Below, one piece after another: positions 11,151-22,874 of a stretch of 64,000 nucleotides of DNA. The notes beneath the pieces are model-generated. The model did not search any database and had not been told where the DNA came from. It saw only the letters and a list, made by a program, of their open reading frames with translations. The stretch lies in assembly GCF_000315625.1 (NCBI RefSeq), contig NW_005434669.1, forward strand, positions 904,330 to 968,329. Direction: 5' to 3'. This DNA is from Guillardia theta CCMP2712. Its lineage: Eukaryota; Protista; Cryptophyta. How positions within the stretch are numbered: position 1 is the first letter of the stretch; each line of letters starts with the position of its first letter. A program made the position numbers and the translations under genes.

Positions 11151-12522
11151 GAAGTTGAAATCAGGGTGCCATGATAATCATTGAACTGTAGGTTAATGAT
11201 GCCGAGTTTAAGCCTTTCAAGTTTAATCAACATTGTGCCATGATTGAGGAGCACATCCGATATGGGGCGCGCGCCATGAGAGAGACAGGCCGCGCCCTGT
11301 ATGATGCCAGGAGGATGCCACGGTGCCTCGGGCGCCGTCCCGCGGCGGGCCCACCTCGCGGCCAGGATCGAACTTCCGAGTCACGGGCCCGGAGTCCGCA
11401 TGCGGGCCGGAACTTGCCAGTTCCCCGAGCCTGAGTCCTGTGGTTACTAAGAGCCGGGCACTTTTATTGATTTTTTTAGTGTAAAAGGCTGAAACAAAAA
11501 AGAAAAAAAAATGGATTGTTTTTCTTTGTAATCAAGCATCTGGAAAACGAGTACTTCAGGTCATCGTGTGGGTAGGGGTGGAAGTCCAATAGAAAAGCAC
11601 CCCTACTTTTTAGCTCGGTTGTAGTATTCATGGGTAGGGTACACAAGTACACCACCTCTGACAGGGGGTACCTGCAAACCCTGCGATCCTTGTGTCCCAA
11701 AGGATATTACCCTACCCTTTCCCACCCACACTGAAACTGCTACCCCTTCAACAACCACATCCACACATATCGTATTTCTATGGTCTATCTATCACCGTTT
11801 TTCTATGTCGAGACATATGAAAATTCTCACTTGACCCAACATGGCCCTCCTGTCACTCCCATCGCACTATTGCTATCGAAACATACCCCTTGTATTCGTC
11901 AGTACCCCCTTGTTTGGATCACCCACCCAGCTAATTACGAGTACCTACAGGGGTGTACCCCATTCTTTCCCGGGGCGACTGCTCAAAGTACCCCTACTTA
12001 CCATACCTACACCCTCTATAAAAGAAACTACCCCTTTTTATGACCCTACCCTTGTGGAAATTGTTATCCCACCCCCTTCCTCCTGGTGCCCTACCCTACC
12101 CAACATTGTAGGTCTCTTTCCTGTTTCCCCCGGTCACACGTACAGTTTGGATCACCCGTGGTATATTCGTGAAACAGCAGGGTACAGCTACCCACTTGTA
12201 ATTGTGGACTCTGAACGGGTAGGGAAAATTCAAGAAGGGTGTCTTGTCATAGGGTACTGTCATTTGGTGGGGTGCAGGAAAGAAATTGATGCCGCAATGG
12301 GTGGGGTGAGTTAAATTGAAGTTGAAGTACCCCTCCATTTATCCATCAAATTACTTAGATCTTATAGGGTATCTGCAATTCTATTAAAAATTACGAGGGT
12401 AGAGTATTTTCCGTAGGTAGGGTGAATTGAACTGGGGGGTTCTGGAAGAGCCTAGGGGTAGGGGTAGGGTGGTAGGGGGCTTGGCGTAATAAATCTGTGG
12501 AGGGAGGAACCGCAAGCGAAAG

Positions 12523-13609
12523 ATGCTTCGCACGTCCGTCATCGCTGCCTCTGTAGCTACTGCCACTGCCTTCTTGGCTGGCCCAGCTCTTCCTTCTGCT
12601 CATGCCCCAGCACGTAAGTCATCATCTTGTTTTATTCTGCCTTGTATTTGTGCATGTTCTTGGTCTTTCTTGCATGATTTCCGAAAAACGAAGTTTTGGG
12701 ATCGAATCTAACTTCCTGGATTCTTGATGAGTTCTCTTTGTCTGGAATGCACAGAGAGCTGTGGTTGTATGCCAAAACTTGATGCATTGTGAACTGGGGT
12801 CTAGTCAGTGTGAGAATCAATCGTGATGCATCGTGAGTGTAACCAGTAACAAAGAGCTGTAAAATATCTTTTCAAGCGACGAATTCCTACATGACTGGGT
12901 TACTGACGTCGATGTGATGACAGGCAGCAATGCCATCAGCTCCATGTCCATGCAGGCAAGAAGCAAGCCCCTCCCATGGCTTGAGGCTCCTCCTGCCCTC
13001 GATGGCAAGATGGAGGGCGATGTCGGCTTCGATCCGCTCTGGGTTTCTTCCATGCTCCCGGATGCTGGATGGATCAAGTTCCTGCGTGAGGCCGAGCTCA
13101 AGCACGGCCGCGTTGCTATGCTTGCCGCCACTGGAGCTATCGTGCAGGACATTTTCACCTTCCCTGGAGTGGACAAGGTCATCGGTGCTGCCAAGATGAC
13201 CAGCGCTCACGACAAGTACCTCTCCCTCGAGATTGGCGGAAGCAAGGTCGCCACCATGCATCAGATGCTCCTCTGGATCGGCCTCCTCGAGATCCTCTCC
13301 GCTCCTGCCATCGTCCAGACCTTCAAGGGTGAGACCTCCCGCGCCCCCGGTGACTTCGGCTTCGATCCCCTCGGTTTCTCTAAGGACGCCAAGTCTGCCT
13401 CCACCTATCGCCTCAAGGAGGTGAAGAACGGCCGTCTCGCCATGATCGGAATCGGAGGAATGGTCCATCACTACCTTCTCACCGGCAAGGGACCCCTTCA
13501 GTTCCTTGGTGGCATCCCCAACTACAAGTCCTGCGTTGCCCACGATGTCGGCCCCATCGCTAACTACTTGATGAAGCCAGTTGGAACCATCCTCCCCAAG
13601 ATGTGCTAA
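12523..13609 (+). CDS. Light-harvesting chlorophyll a/c-binding protein (red-lineage Lhcr/CAC type), 2 exons
   Basis: Bipartite leader [20 protein letters not shown]; intron 12614-12923; [47 protein letters not shown]. Confidence 0.97.
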
Positions 13610-13916
13610 ATTAGATTATTGTCGCCTTTGAATGAAACCATGGAATTTTTGTGAATGAGGATTTACCTATTGCATCAGCTGGAAACCTGCCATGGCCGTC
13701 GGTGCATTTCATACCACAAATTCTTGAGATCGGTTGATAACCATCTTTCATCTGAACAATCCTTGCAGAGGGCCAAGTTCACGCAAGCAACTTCGAACGT
13801 CATTGGTGATCGTACATCAAGTTGCGTCTCTAACTCGGATCAAGCAGACATGTCGCTTAATTTAGACGGAATTCAGTAAAAAGTAACACCGTGTGGGTTA
13901 AAAATTAAGCCTGAAC

Positions 13917-15990
13917 ATGGATGCGCTAGTGCAGTACGCATCTGATAGCGACAACGATGGGGACGACGGAGCGGGAAAGGAGGAGGAGGAGGAGGAGGAG
14001 GAGGAGGAGGTAGACTTGCTGTGACCTCGATGGTATGCCTCTGATCCCCGGACACGGCAGGATGAGGTGGCGACGATCGGGCGCTTCATAACCACTTGTA
14101 GTTCGATGCCTGACCAGGAATCCTTGGAGCGCAAGAAAACGTGCGGTGACATGCCCTGCCACGTGCCTTGTACTGACACTACTTATGAAACTTCATCTCT
14201 TACCGAAGTTCCCTTCGTTGCTTCGAGGAGCTCTGCTCCAAGGAGTTCAGGGAGGAGCTGGGGAGGGAGGGGAGGGAGGGGGGGGAGAGGGAGGGGGGTT
14301 TCGGGCTGGTCTGCTTCGGGAGCTGGACGTTCAACATGTGGATCAAGAGCAGTGACATGGACGTCAACGTGAGGACGAGGAGCAAGATCCCGAGGTTCTT
14401 CTCAAGGCTGGAGGAGGCGACGCTGAGAGAGGAGCCGTCGGCTAACGTCACGCTGGTGCTGAACGCGCGGGTGCCGCTTGCCCGGCTGACACTGAGAGGA
14501 ACGAACTTCGACGTGACGCACGAATGGGGAGAGGACAACGTGATAGCAAGACATCATGTCCAGGTGCGGGAATGGGCGAGGAGGTACAGCAGGGACGAGG
14601 CCGTCTGCCAGAGCATGCGACTGATCAAGGTGTGGGCTGGGGCGCAGAGGTTGAACAGTCCGACAGAGGGAGGTCTCAACTCCCTGGGTTGGTTTGTCCT
14701 GTTCCTGTCCTCTGTCTCCGATCTTCTCCCTCCTCAGCACGAGGAGCATGACGATGAGGTGGTGGGTGAGCAGCCCGTTGGGTGTGCAAGTGACCCTGCT
14801 GCAAGGCGGAGGGAAGAGGGGGAGGGTCGCGGCCCCTGCATGAAAGATGCATTGCCCTTGTCAAGCGCTTCTTCTCGTCCTGCAAGAGCATCGGAGACAG
14901 TAAGAGGGTATACTTTGCGCCAAACAGCGAGGTGAAGGTGAGCAAAAGGGTGTTGACAGTGTGGCGATGAGGGAGGAGGAAAAGAGGAGGGAGAGGAGAG
15001 GAGCAAGGGAGAGGAGGAAAGGAGAAGAGAGGAGGACGAAAGAGGAGGGAGGGAGGGAGAGAAACACCAAAGGCAGTGAGTTGATTTGATTGAGAGCGAG
15101 GAAGCGCTGGAAAAGATAATGGAGGAAGCAGAGTAGTAGGATTCTTAGAGGTTCTCACAGCCAGAAGGGCTAGAGCTTGATATTGCAAGACTATCTGCAA
15201 ACGTGTCGCCAACAGGCAAGAAAAGTTGCTTCCCTCCTCCTTCTCCTCCCTCCTCCCTCCTCCCTCCTCCCTCCTCCCTCCTTCCTCCTCCCTCCTCCCT
15301 CCTCCCTCCTCCCTCCTCCCTCCTGATATCCACCACCTGCCCATTTCCTCCACCTCTTCTTCCTTTTGATATTTTGCGATAGCTCATCGGGGACTTGGGA
15401 CGTCGCTCTTCATTCAAGATCCCTTCTTGGCGGATGTGAGAATGGGGGAGGAGGGAGAGGCGAGGGGAATGGTGGGAAAGGAAGAGGGGGCGGCATTGAT
15501 GGGGGCATGGAGGGAGGGAGCGAAGGAAGGTGGGGAGAAGGAGAGGAGAAGATGGCTTATGAGGAGGTGAAATCGTCGTATCAGATCAACCTCGGGAGGT
15601 TTGTGGATAAATCTTCCCTTGCGAGGATGAGGGTAAGCGCTCGAGGTGGCGAGAGAATGGGCGTACTTGCTAGTGGTGGCGGTGATGGAGGAGGGGCAAC
15701 AGGGAGGGGGAGGAGGTGGAGCAGCAGCGGCAGCAGCAGCAGCAGGAGCGTGGAGGAGGAGGAGGAGGAGGAGGAGGAGGAGGAGGAGGAGGAGGAGGAG
15801 GAGGAAGACATAGGTAGGAAAGGAGATCGATTATAGAACAGACTAGACGAGCAAGAGGAGAAGGTCTAAGGGAAGCAGCTGACTTGCTGAGCAGAAGGCG
15901 CTGGAGGAGGCGGACGCGCTCATGCAGATGGCGAGCAAGAGGAGGAGTTGGGAGGAGCTCGTCAGGCCGGTCAACAAGAGGAGGAGATGA
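13917..15990 (+). CDS. Non-canonical poly(A)/poly(U) polymerase (Cid1/TUTase-like nucleotidyltransferase); multi-exon
   Basis: Pol-beta signature FGSWTFNMWIKSSDMDVNV, then NARVPLARL, NFDVT, LIKVWAGAQRLNSPTEGGLNSLGW, PAP-associated LFIQDPF and INLGR. Last exon ends KRRR* at 15988-15990. Confidence 0.82.
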
Positions 15991-16249
15991 GGGAAGGGGA
16001 GGAAGAGGAGGAGGGAGACGACAACGAAGATCAGGCAGGCAAGTTCCTGCGTGCGTCGGGGAAAGGCTGACATGAGGGTAAGGGGACGGTGGCGGTATGC
16101 CATTGGAAGCCAACCTGGCTTTCTTATCATTTCGTTGAATTGATGTTAATCTAAGTTGTATAGTAGAATGATTCTGATTGACGGCGCATACATGAGAGAT
16201 GTGCAGTCTAAATATTGTCCGTGATTCACTATTCTATCACTGTTGCTCC

Positions 16250-16778
16250 TCACCCGTTCTTCCTTCTTTTCCCCTTTTTCTCTGCATGTCTTTGATGATC
16301 GCAGGAGAAAGACTTCGCATTCTGCAATCTTCCACTGATTTCCGGATCAAATGTCATCTCCAGAAGCTGCAAGCCCGTCAAACTATGAGATGAATCGTAC
16401 GAGGATAGAAAGAACCTATATCTTCGCAATCCGTCCAAGAAAGTTCCGACAAACAAAACAAGATCTGCCGAGTAGGAGTGAAACACTCAATCTCCGCAAG
16501 TTCTCTCCCTATCTCTCTATCTCCCTCTCTTCCGCCAGCCCTTCTCCCCCCCAACCCCTCGTCTCCTGTTGTCTTCAGCATCATCTTCGCATTCTCTTCC
16601 AACGTGCACCACCAACTCTCTCGCGCTCCTCTGCCTTCCTGTCCAACTGCCTTTAGTCCCTTACCTGAGCTCATCGCAATTCCTGTTGGTGCCCAGAGTC
16701 CATGCCCTGCAGCAAATACATCGAGAAAAATGCCTGAAATGAAAATCAGCCCCTTCTTTCCTACCGCCTCGACTCAAT

Positions 16779-16816
<38 letters not shown>

Positions 16817-16839
16817 CCACCACCACCACCACCACCACC

Positions 16840-16873
<34 letters not shown>

Positions 16874-17268
16874 TCATCTCCACTGTGTTTTCATCATTTT
16901 CATCGTCACCATCATCATATTCGTCATCACAATCATCATCATCATCATCATCGTCATCATCATCATCATCATCATCATCGTCATCATCATCACAATCATC
17001 GTCATCACAATCATCGTCATCATCGTCATCATCATCATCATCATCATCATCATCTCCACTGTTGTTTTTCATCATTTTTCATCGTCACCATCATCATATT
17101 CGTCATCACAATCATCGTCATCGTCATCATCAGCATCCAACATCAGCATCCTCAACGTTTCCATCCCCATCTCCATCTCGACTTCCTTCACCTGTACTCG
17201 CGTTGTACCGCAAGATCTCGTTGCTTTTATGTGAACTGCATAGCACCTGCAAACGTGCAGTCAGAAAA

Positions 17269-17308
<40 letters not shown>

Positions 17309-18164
17309 GCTTCCATCTCACCGTGTCGTCAGGAGCTGCCGCAAGCCCAACAGGACGGCTCAACTCTTTACCGCCAAACTCTCCCTGCTTCTTCCCCGTC
17401 GTCGCATCCACCTTCACAATCTTGTCTCTATGATAAGAAGAGATGAAGATGGAGTTGGTCTTGGGATGGAAGAGCATAACCTGTTATCCCACAGTCATCT
17501 CCATCGCCATCCTCTAACCCGCAAGCACCCTCCACTATCCCCCAAGAATTGCAACAAGCATTCTCCTCCTCACCTGCGGCCCATCCATGTACCAGCCCGC
17601 AGAGAAGATCTCCTGGAAGGAACCGTCCAGCCTGTAGCTGACCACCCTGTCGTTGAGGAAGCTTGCGACCAGCAGCCGGTCCTCGAGGAGGAGGAGCCCC
17701 TCGGGGCAGTCTAACTTCCCTTCCTCATCGTTGATGAAGATATCGATCAGGCTGCCGGTGACCGTGTCGTACCGGAGGATCTGATCCGTCCCGAACGAGG
17801 CCACGTACAGCCTCAGATCTTTGTCAACCGCCAGGCCCGTCGGGCCATCAACCCCCGTGCCCTTCGAAACTACTCGGAACCACTGCCATGCCCCTCGCTC
17901 GTCGACCACGGCACGGTACACCTCGTTGGTGATGAAGGAGGAAGCATACAGCATGCCGTCTACACCGAGCAGGACATGGTGCAGAGAGTTGGGCACGCTT
18001 GACTCAGGGACGGGGACAATCTGGTTCTTGACAGTGCGCTTGAAGGTGAGCGACATGAAGGGTATGCTGCTCGATTTCTTTCTCCCATGACCGCTCGCTG
18101 TCCCCATCCACACAAGAGGAAGAAGAACGAGGTAGAATAGGGGCAGTGCTTTTCTAGAGCGCAT
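16250..18164 (-). CDS. Secreted NHL-repeat / beta-propeller protein; multi-exon (3' end approximate)
   Basis: Signal peptide MRSRKALPLFYLVLLPLVWMGTASG. Repeated blades: GVDGPTGLAVDKDLRLYVASFGTDQILRYD, LDCPEGLLLLEDRLLVASFLNDRVVSY, LSRPVGLAAAPDDT/VLCSSHKSNEILRY, LWAPTGIAM. Confidence 0.85.
16783..17135. repeat. Compound (CAT)n/(CAC)n/(CGT) microsatellite within an NHL-gene intron
   Basis: Long CAT/CAC tracts, including an internal ~70-nt duplication (16875-16945 vs 17052-17125). Confidence 0.9.
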
Positions 18165-19869
18165 GAATCCACCTGCACTTGACAATCCAACTAGATGACC
18201 CACAGGCTCTCTTTCCCCGATCTTCTCTCGACTCCTCTCGTATGAATCCTCTCTTCTCTATCCTTGATCCTATCTCATCTCTCCTTACACTTATCTCAGG
18301 TCTCCCCTCTACCCTCTCCTCTCATGCTCTCTCTTTGTCTGCTGCTCTTCCCCAACCTCAGCGTCTTTTAGACGAGCATGGAACTTTCGCTCGTTCTGCT
18401 CAACTCAGTGTCGGGGAGATGTGGTGATGAGGGCGATGACTCATGAACGGCCCGGCCGGCCGGAGCGGCCGGGCCCGGTGACTCGATGGCAGGCTCGGAC
18501 CGTACGCCGTCCGGGCTCCCCCTCCGGGCCGCTCAACTTGGCAAAGCGGCCCAGACCGTCCGGAGTCCGTGACTGCACTGAGCCTGGCCGGGGGCCGCCC
18601 AGGGCCGGCGGGGGGGCGGGTGGTAGACCGTTCAACGGTTGTTTACCGTACTAGTTTTTAACTTAACTTTGAGTTACAAACTGAAAAGTCGCCAGGGCCC
18701 GCCAGTGATGACTCACGAGTGTTAAGAGTAAAACGAGTCCGGGCCGCCGGGCACCCCGGGCCGCCCCGAGTCACTGAACCAGGTGCCGCCCCCGGCCGAG
18801 CTCAAAGCGCTGTGCCGGGTTAGGCGGTAGAAGGACCCTACCCATCTTATTCCTCCCAAACTATACTCAATGTACCCACCACTATCCACCACCACCCCAC
18901 CCTTAGTTAGGGCAGCTGACCTCGTATTCATCGCGGTTCCATCACCTACCCCCTGTTGCCTTATCAAAACCAAGTCACAGGGGTGTGTGCACAGGCTCCG
19001 TGGGGGGTGGGTAATAGCACGGGTTGCTGTAGCGTGAAGTCACTAGTACTGTGAGGTGGGGGCTCTTGATCGAAGGGGTGCGAAGCCAGAAAAATCATAC
19101 ATGGGGGTGGGTAGGAAAGGTTGTCGGGGTGGGGTGGTTGTATGTCCTAGGATAAAAGAATGCGCTTCAGGGCGAGGAGAAGCAAAAAGTACAGAGCTGA
19201 ATAGATGAAGGGAAATGAGCAGGAAGAAAGGAAATGCAGATGTGATGTGTAATTATCGTATGCTAGTCAAGAAATCTCCTTTCATCTAACCATCAACTGA
19301 AGATTGCATTGGGCAACACAGTTCTTGCAGAGTTTCCCTGCAGAATGCGTTGGGGGCGGAATCTGTTTCTGCTGTGCGTTTTGATGTGCTTGTAGAAATT
19401 TCTTGGATGAACTCTGATGTTGTCGAAAGAGCTTTCTGGTTTGAACCATCTTTTATTTTACATCATCTTCATGAGAGACGAAAATTCGATGTAGCAGTTA
19501 AAATGTCTAACAATAAGAGTCAATGTCAGCTCGCGACTCTATTACAGGAGGAGGTTTGATCAGAGAGGAATTTCCAGTAATATTCAATTGATTTCGAATC
19601 TGTGCCTGACAAATATCTCTTCTTATGATCTTCAGAAAGAAACAGAGCAGATTGATATTAAATGTCTTGCCCACTGGGTTCGCATTGATTTCTGATGCTC
19701 TTGTCTCTGGTCAACGCGACCTTTGCCTTTTGGATCTTCTAGCGTAATGACTGTGCAAGTGTTCGAAATACGCTGATGTCGTGCTCTTCTTGAACTGTTG
19801 TTGTCTGTTCTGCTGGTTTGGCTTGTGATTGTATACCTGCTTGCTGATTTCTTCCAACGAGAACAGGAG

Positions 19870-21892
19870 ATGGACAACTGCGTGGAAGTGAACGATGTTG
19901 GCGATGAGGCTGCGGATGATGCGATACAAGAAGTGAAGATGGAAAAAGGATGGATAGCGAAACGATCGAAGAGCAACACTCTAGGAATGTTGTCTGTAGT
20001 TCCAACTGATGACGGGAAGCAGTTCAACCTCAGTGATGAAGGGTCCTACCGCGAAGGCCTTGTACATATCAGCCAGCAAGGGATCACGGTACATTCTGCA
20101 CGATCTTTGGCAAGCAATGATACCCCAACTCTCAATTCACCCTCAAGTACCCGCAGCTCGACCAGTGCGAAGAGGGCAAACAGCAACGAGGACGTTAGAT
20201 TTGAGTTGAGCAGGAACGACTTTGAGCTGATGGAAATCATCGGCAAAGGTTCATGCGGATACGTCAAGAAGGCAAGGCACAAGCGGACCAATGAACTGAT
20301 GGCGCTAAAAGTAATCAACGTGTTTGAAGAAGAGAAAAGGAAACAGATGATGCAAGAAGTGATAATGATGTGCGACGCCCATCATGATTGCCTCATCCAG
20401 TTCCATGGCGCGTTCTACAATGAGGGAACGATCTCTGTTGCATTGGAGTATATGACAGCAGGTTCTGTGGCTGATGTTTTGAAGTTATCCGGTAGTATGC
20501 CTGAAGAAATTTTGGCGATTATGGCCGAGCAGATTTTGGATGGAATGGCATTTATGCACAGTAAGAAACAAGTTCACCGCGACTTCAAACCGTGCAATCT
20601 CTTGATGGACCATAGTGGTCGAGTGAAAATAACTGATTTTGGAGTTTCTGCCGAGCTAGATAGCTCACTGGTGAAGTGTACCACGTTCGTGGGAACTTTT
20701 CTTTACATGTCGCCAGAGAGGTTTGGATCAGAGCCTTATTCCTTCCCGTCCGATATTTGGAGTTTTGGCTTGACCATGATAGAATGTGCTACGGCAGAAT
20801 ACCCTTATCAACAGAACGGAGGTGGGAAGACATATTGGGAACTTATGGATGCTATAGTCAAGAATGATGCGCCACAGCTGCCCTCAGGCAGCGCCTTTTC
20901 GTCTGCGTTCAGAGACTTGACGGAGGCATGCTTGCAGAAGGATCCCAAGTTACGGCCAACAGCGACGAAGCTGCTGACTCATGAATTCATCAAGAATACC
21001 TGCGATGGTCTTTCAGTTGCAAGCAAGCGAGCGACCCTTGCAAAGTGGTTGGGGAATGTTCGATCGTGCTATGTAAGCAGCAACTTGCCAGACTCAGCCA
21101 AATTTTCGCCTCATGAAGCGGCTTCAACCTTCATGGTATGGATGTGTGCTGTTTGATGTTTTGCGGTGTGGTGTAGCACAACTGACATGCTCTCAGTCAT
21201 TTTACCTCTCATACTTCGCTTCCCCTCGCCGTGAGGTATTGAGATTTCGGACCAAATTCATAGCCTCTAACTGCAGCACAGATCCTTTGGTCGCTTTACA
21301 CCAAGGAAGCAGTTTTGAAGATTTCGGAAACCAGAGTGGTGTGTTTTTATCGCTCCTGTTTGAAATGTCGTCTGCGAGACTGTGTTGAACTGATTCGACC
21401 CATGCGCAGGTTGGACGAGATGCGATCGTTCATGAGTTGAAGTCCCTCCAGTTCGATCTTGCTCTTGATGTAAGAAGTCGTTCCATGTCGCCTCGTGCAT
21501 GGCTGATGTTCTCGCGCCACAGGGAGAACAGGACTGGCGATCGAACGGAAGGTTGGTGTCTCTTTCATCTTAACGTTGTCAGTACTCTGATCTTGCCACA
21601 AGCTTCTCCAAGGAGAAGAACCGGCTCGTCGTTCGTATCAACTGCGTGCAGAAGCCCTGCAGGATGCCAGGTCTGCCGCTGCTGCCTTGCAAGATCCCAT
21701 GTGGTTGATTCGGTGTACAGATCATGGGAGGACCTCTCACGAGGAGCCGACAGCGTCGTCCAAGGTCAGCGCTTCCCATGTTCCCTTGCCTTGGCGCGGC
21801 TGACGAGCGTACAGGTCATGATGTACTTGGAGTTGGAGATGTCAGCGGACAAGTGCTGCTACTACATCACCCAACAAGATATATCGATGTAG
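19870..21892 (+). CDS. MAP kinase kinase with C-terminal NTF2-like domain (plant MKK3-type architecture)
   Basis: Kinase exon 19870-21135: IGKGSCGYV, MALK, HRDFKPCN, DFGVS...SSLVKCTTFVGTFLYMSPER (S-x5-T activation loop). Short exons 21197-21235, 21282-21338, 21410-21469 and onward splice in frame to TFMSFYLSYFASPRREILWSLYTKEAVLKISETRVVGRDAIVHELKSL...LELEMSADKCCYYITQQDISM*. Confidence 0.9.
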
Positions 21893-22169
21893 TTGGAGAG
21901 TTGTCAGTACAAGCAAAGACAACGCTCCAACCTTTGGGACGGCATGCACTGAAACACTTTCCGTTCTTCTTGTCTCTGTTCCACACCAAATCTTTGACAT
22001 CAAAGTGCTGCTCTCCACAAAATCGTTGTTCGTCTCTTTCCATCTTCAGCATCTCTGCATGTACACCCCCAGTCTTCCCTATGGCTTATGTCGCATCTTG
22101 AACCGCTCTACCATTTTCGCTGCCACCATTATGCTACTTCATAAAGCTTGTTGTGACTGCCCCTCATGT

Positions 22170-22251
22170 GCAATCGTGGCCGAGCGGTTAAGGCGAAGGA
22201 CTAGAAATCCTTTGGGGTCTCCCCGCGCAGGTTCGAGTCCTGCCGATTGCG
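22170..22251 (+). tRNA. tRNA-Ser, anticodon AGA
   Basis: Acceptor stem GCAATCG/CGATTGC; D-arm TGGCCGAGCGGTTAAGGC; anticodon stem AAGGA-CT AGA AA-TCCTT; long variable arm; T-arm GGTTCGAGTCC. No encoded CCA; TTTTT Pol III terminator at ~22258. Confidence 0.97.
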
Positions 22252-22874
22252 ATCTTCTTTTTGAAGTCCCGACGTGTTTTTAGTCCGATCGATGATCCGC
22301 CGGACTCCGGCCCGGATGAGACAGATCGGACTGACCTTGTTCTGATTTTTAACTTAACTTCGAGTAAAGCTGGACCGTCGGCGTGAACGGTCGCCGGGAC
22401 GACGTCGGAGGGGGCCGGGGGTTCAAGTCGCCCCGGGCCCCTCAGCCTAGCCGCAGTATGCGCCTGTGCGACAGAGCTGCAGCCTGCCTGGCAGTGCCGG
22501 TCAAGCCTCCTCTACCGTGCCTCTACTCTCCTGATTGTCCTCGTACTGATTTTTTATTTACCTTTGTCAGACTCAGTTCCGTGAACAGCTCTGAGGGTCA
22601 CACTGTGACATCCGGGGCCCTCGGCGCCGGGGCCAGGCCCGGGCCCCGGCCCGGCCCGGCCGTACGGTCCGAGTCCCGGCCGTCCGAGTCAGTCAGTGCC
22701 AGCGGCCGGGTAGGCCCGGGGGCTACACAACCCCTCGAGGATCATCCGATCGTCGGTCAATCAGTTGTTATGGATGAAACATGACCCCCCTGAAATCCCA
22801 CGAATGGACGGGTGGGCTCCCCTCGGGGTGAGGGTGGGGGTTGTGCTCTTGATAAGTCAACTAGATCCCTGTGC

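Noticed and set aside
12887-13543. 218-aa minus-strand ORF
   Set aside because: Antisense shadow of the strongly codon-biased LHC gene.
16478-17446. 322-aa His-rich ORF suggesting a metal-binding protein
   Set aside because: It is antisense to the NHL gene and made of intronic CAT/CAC microsatellite.
19798-21156. MAPKK as an intronless retrocopy ending at 21156
   Set aside because: A donor at 21136 and in-frame downstream exons extend it into an NTF2 domain.
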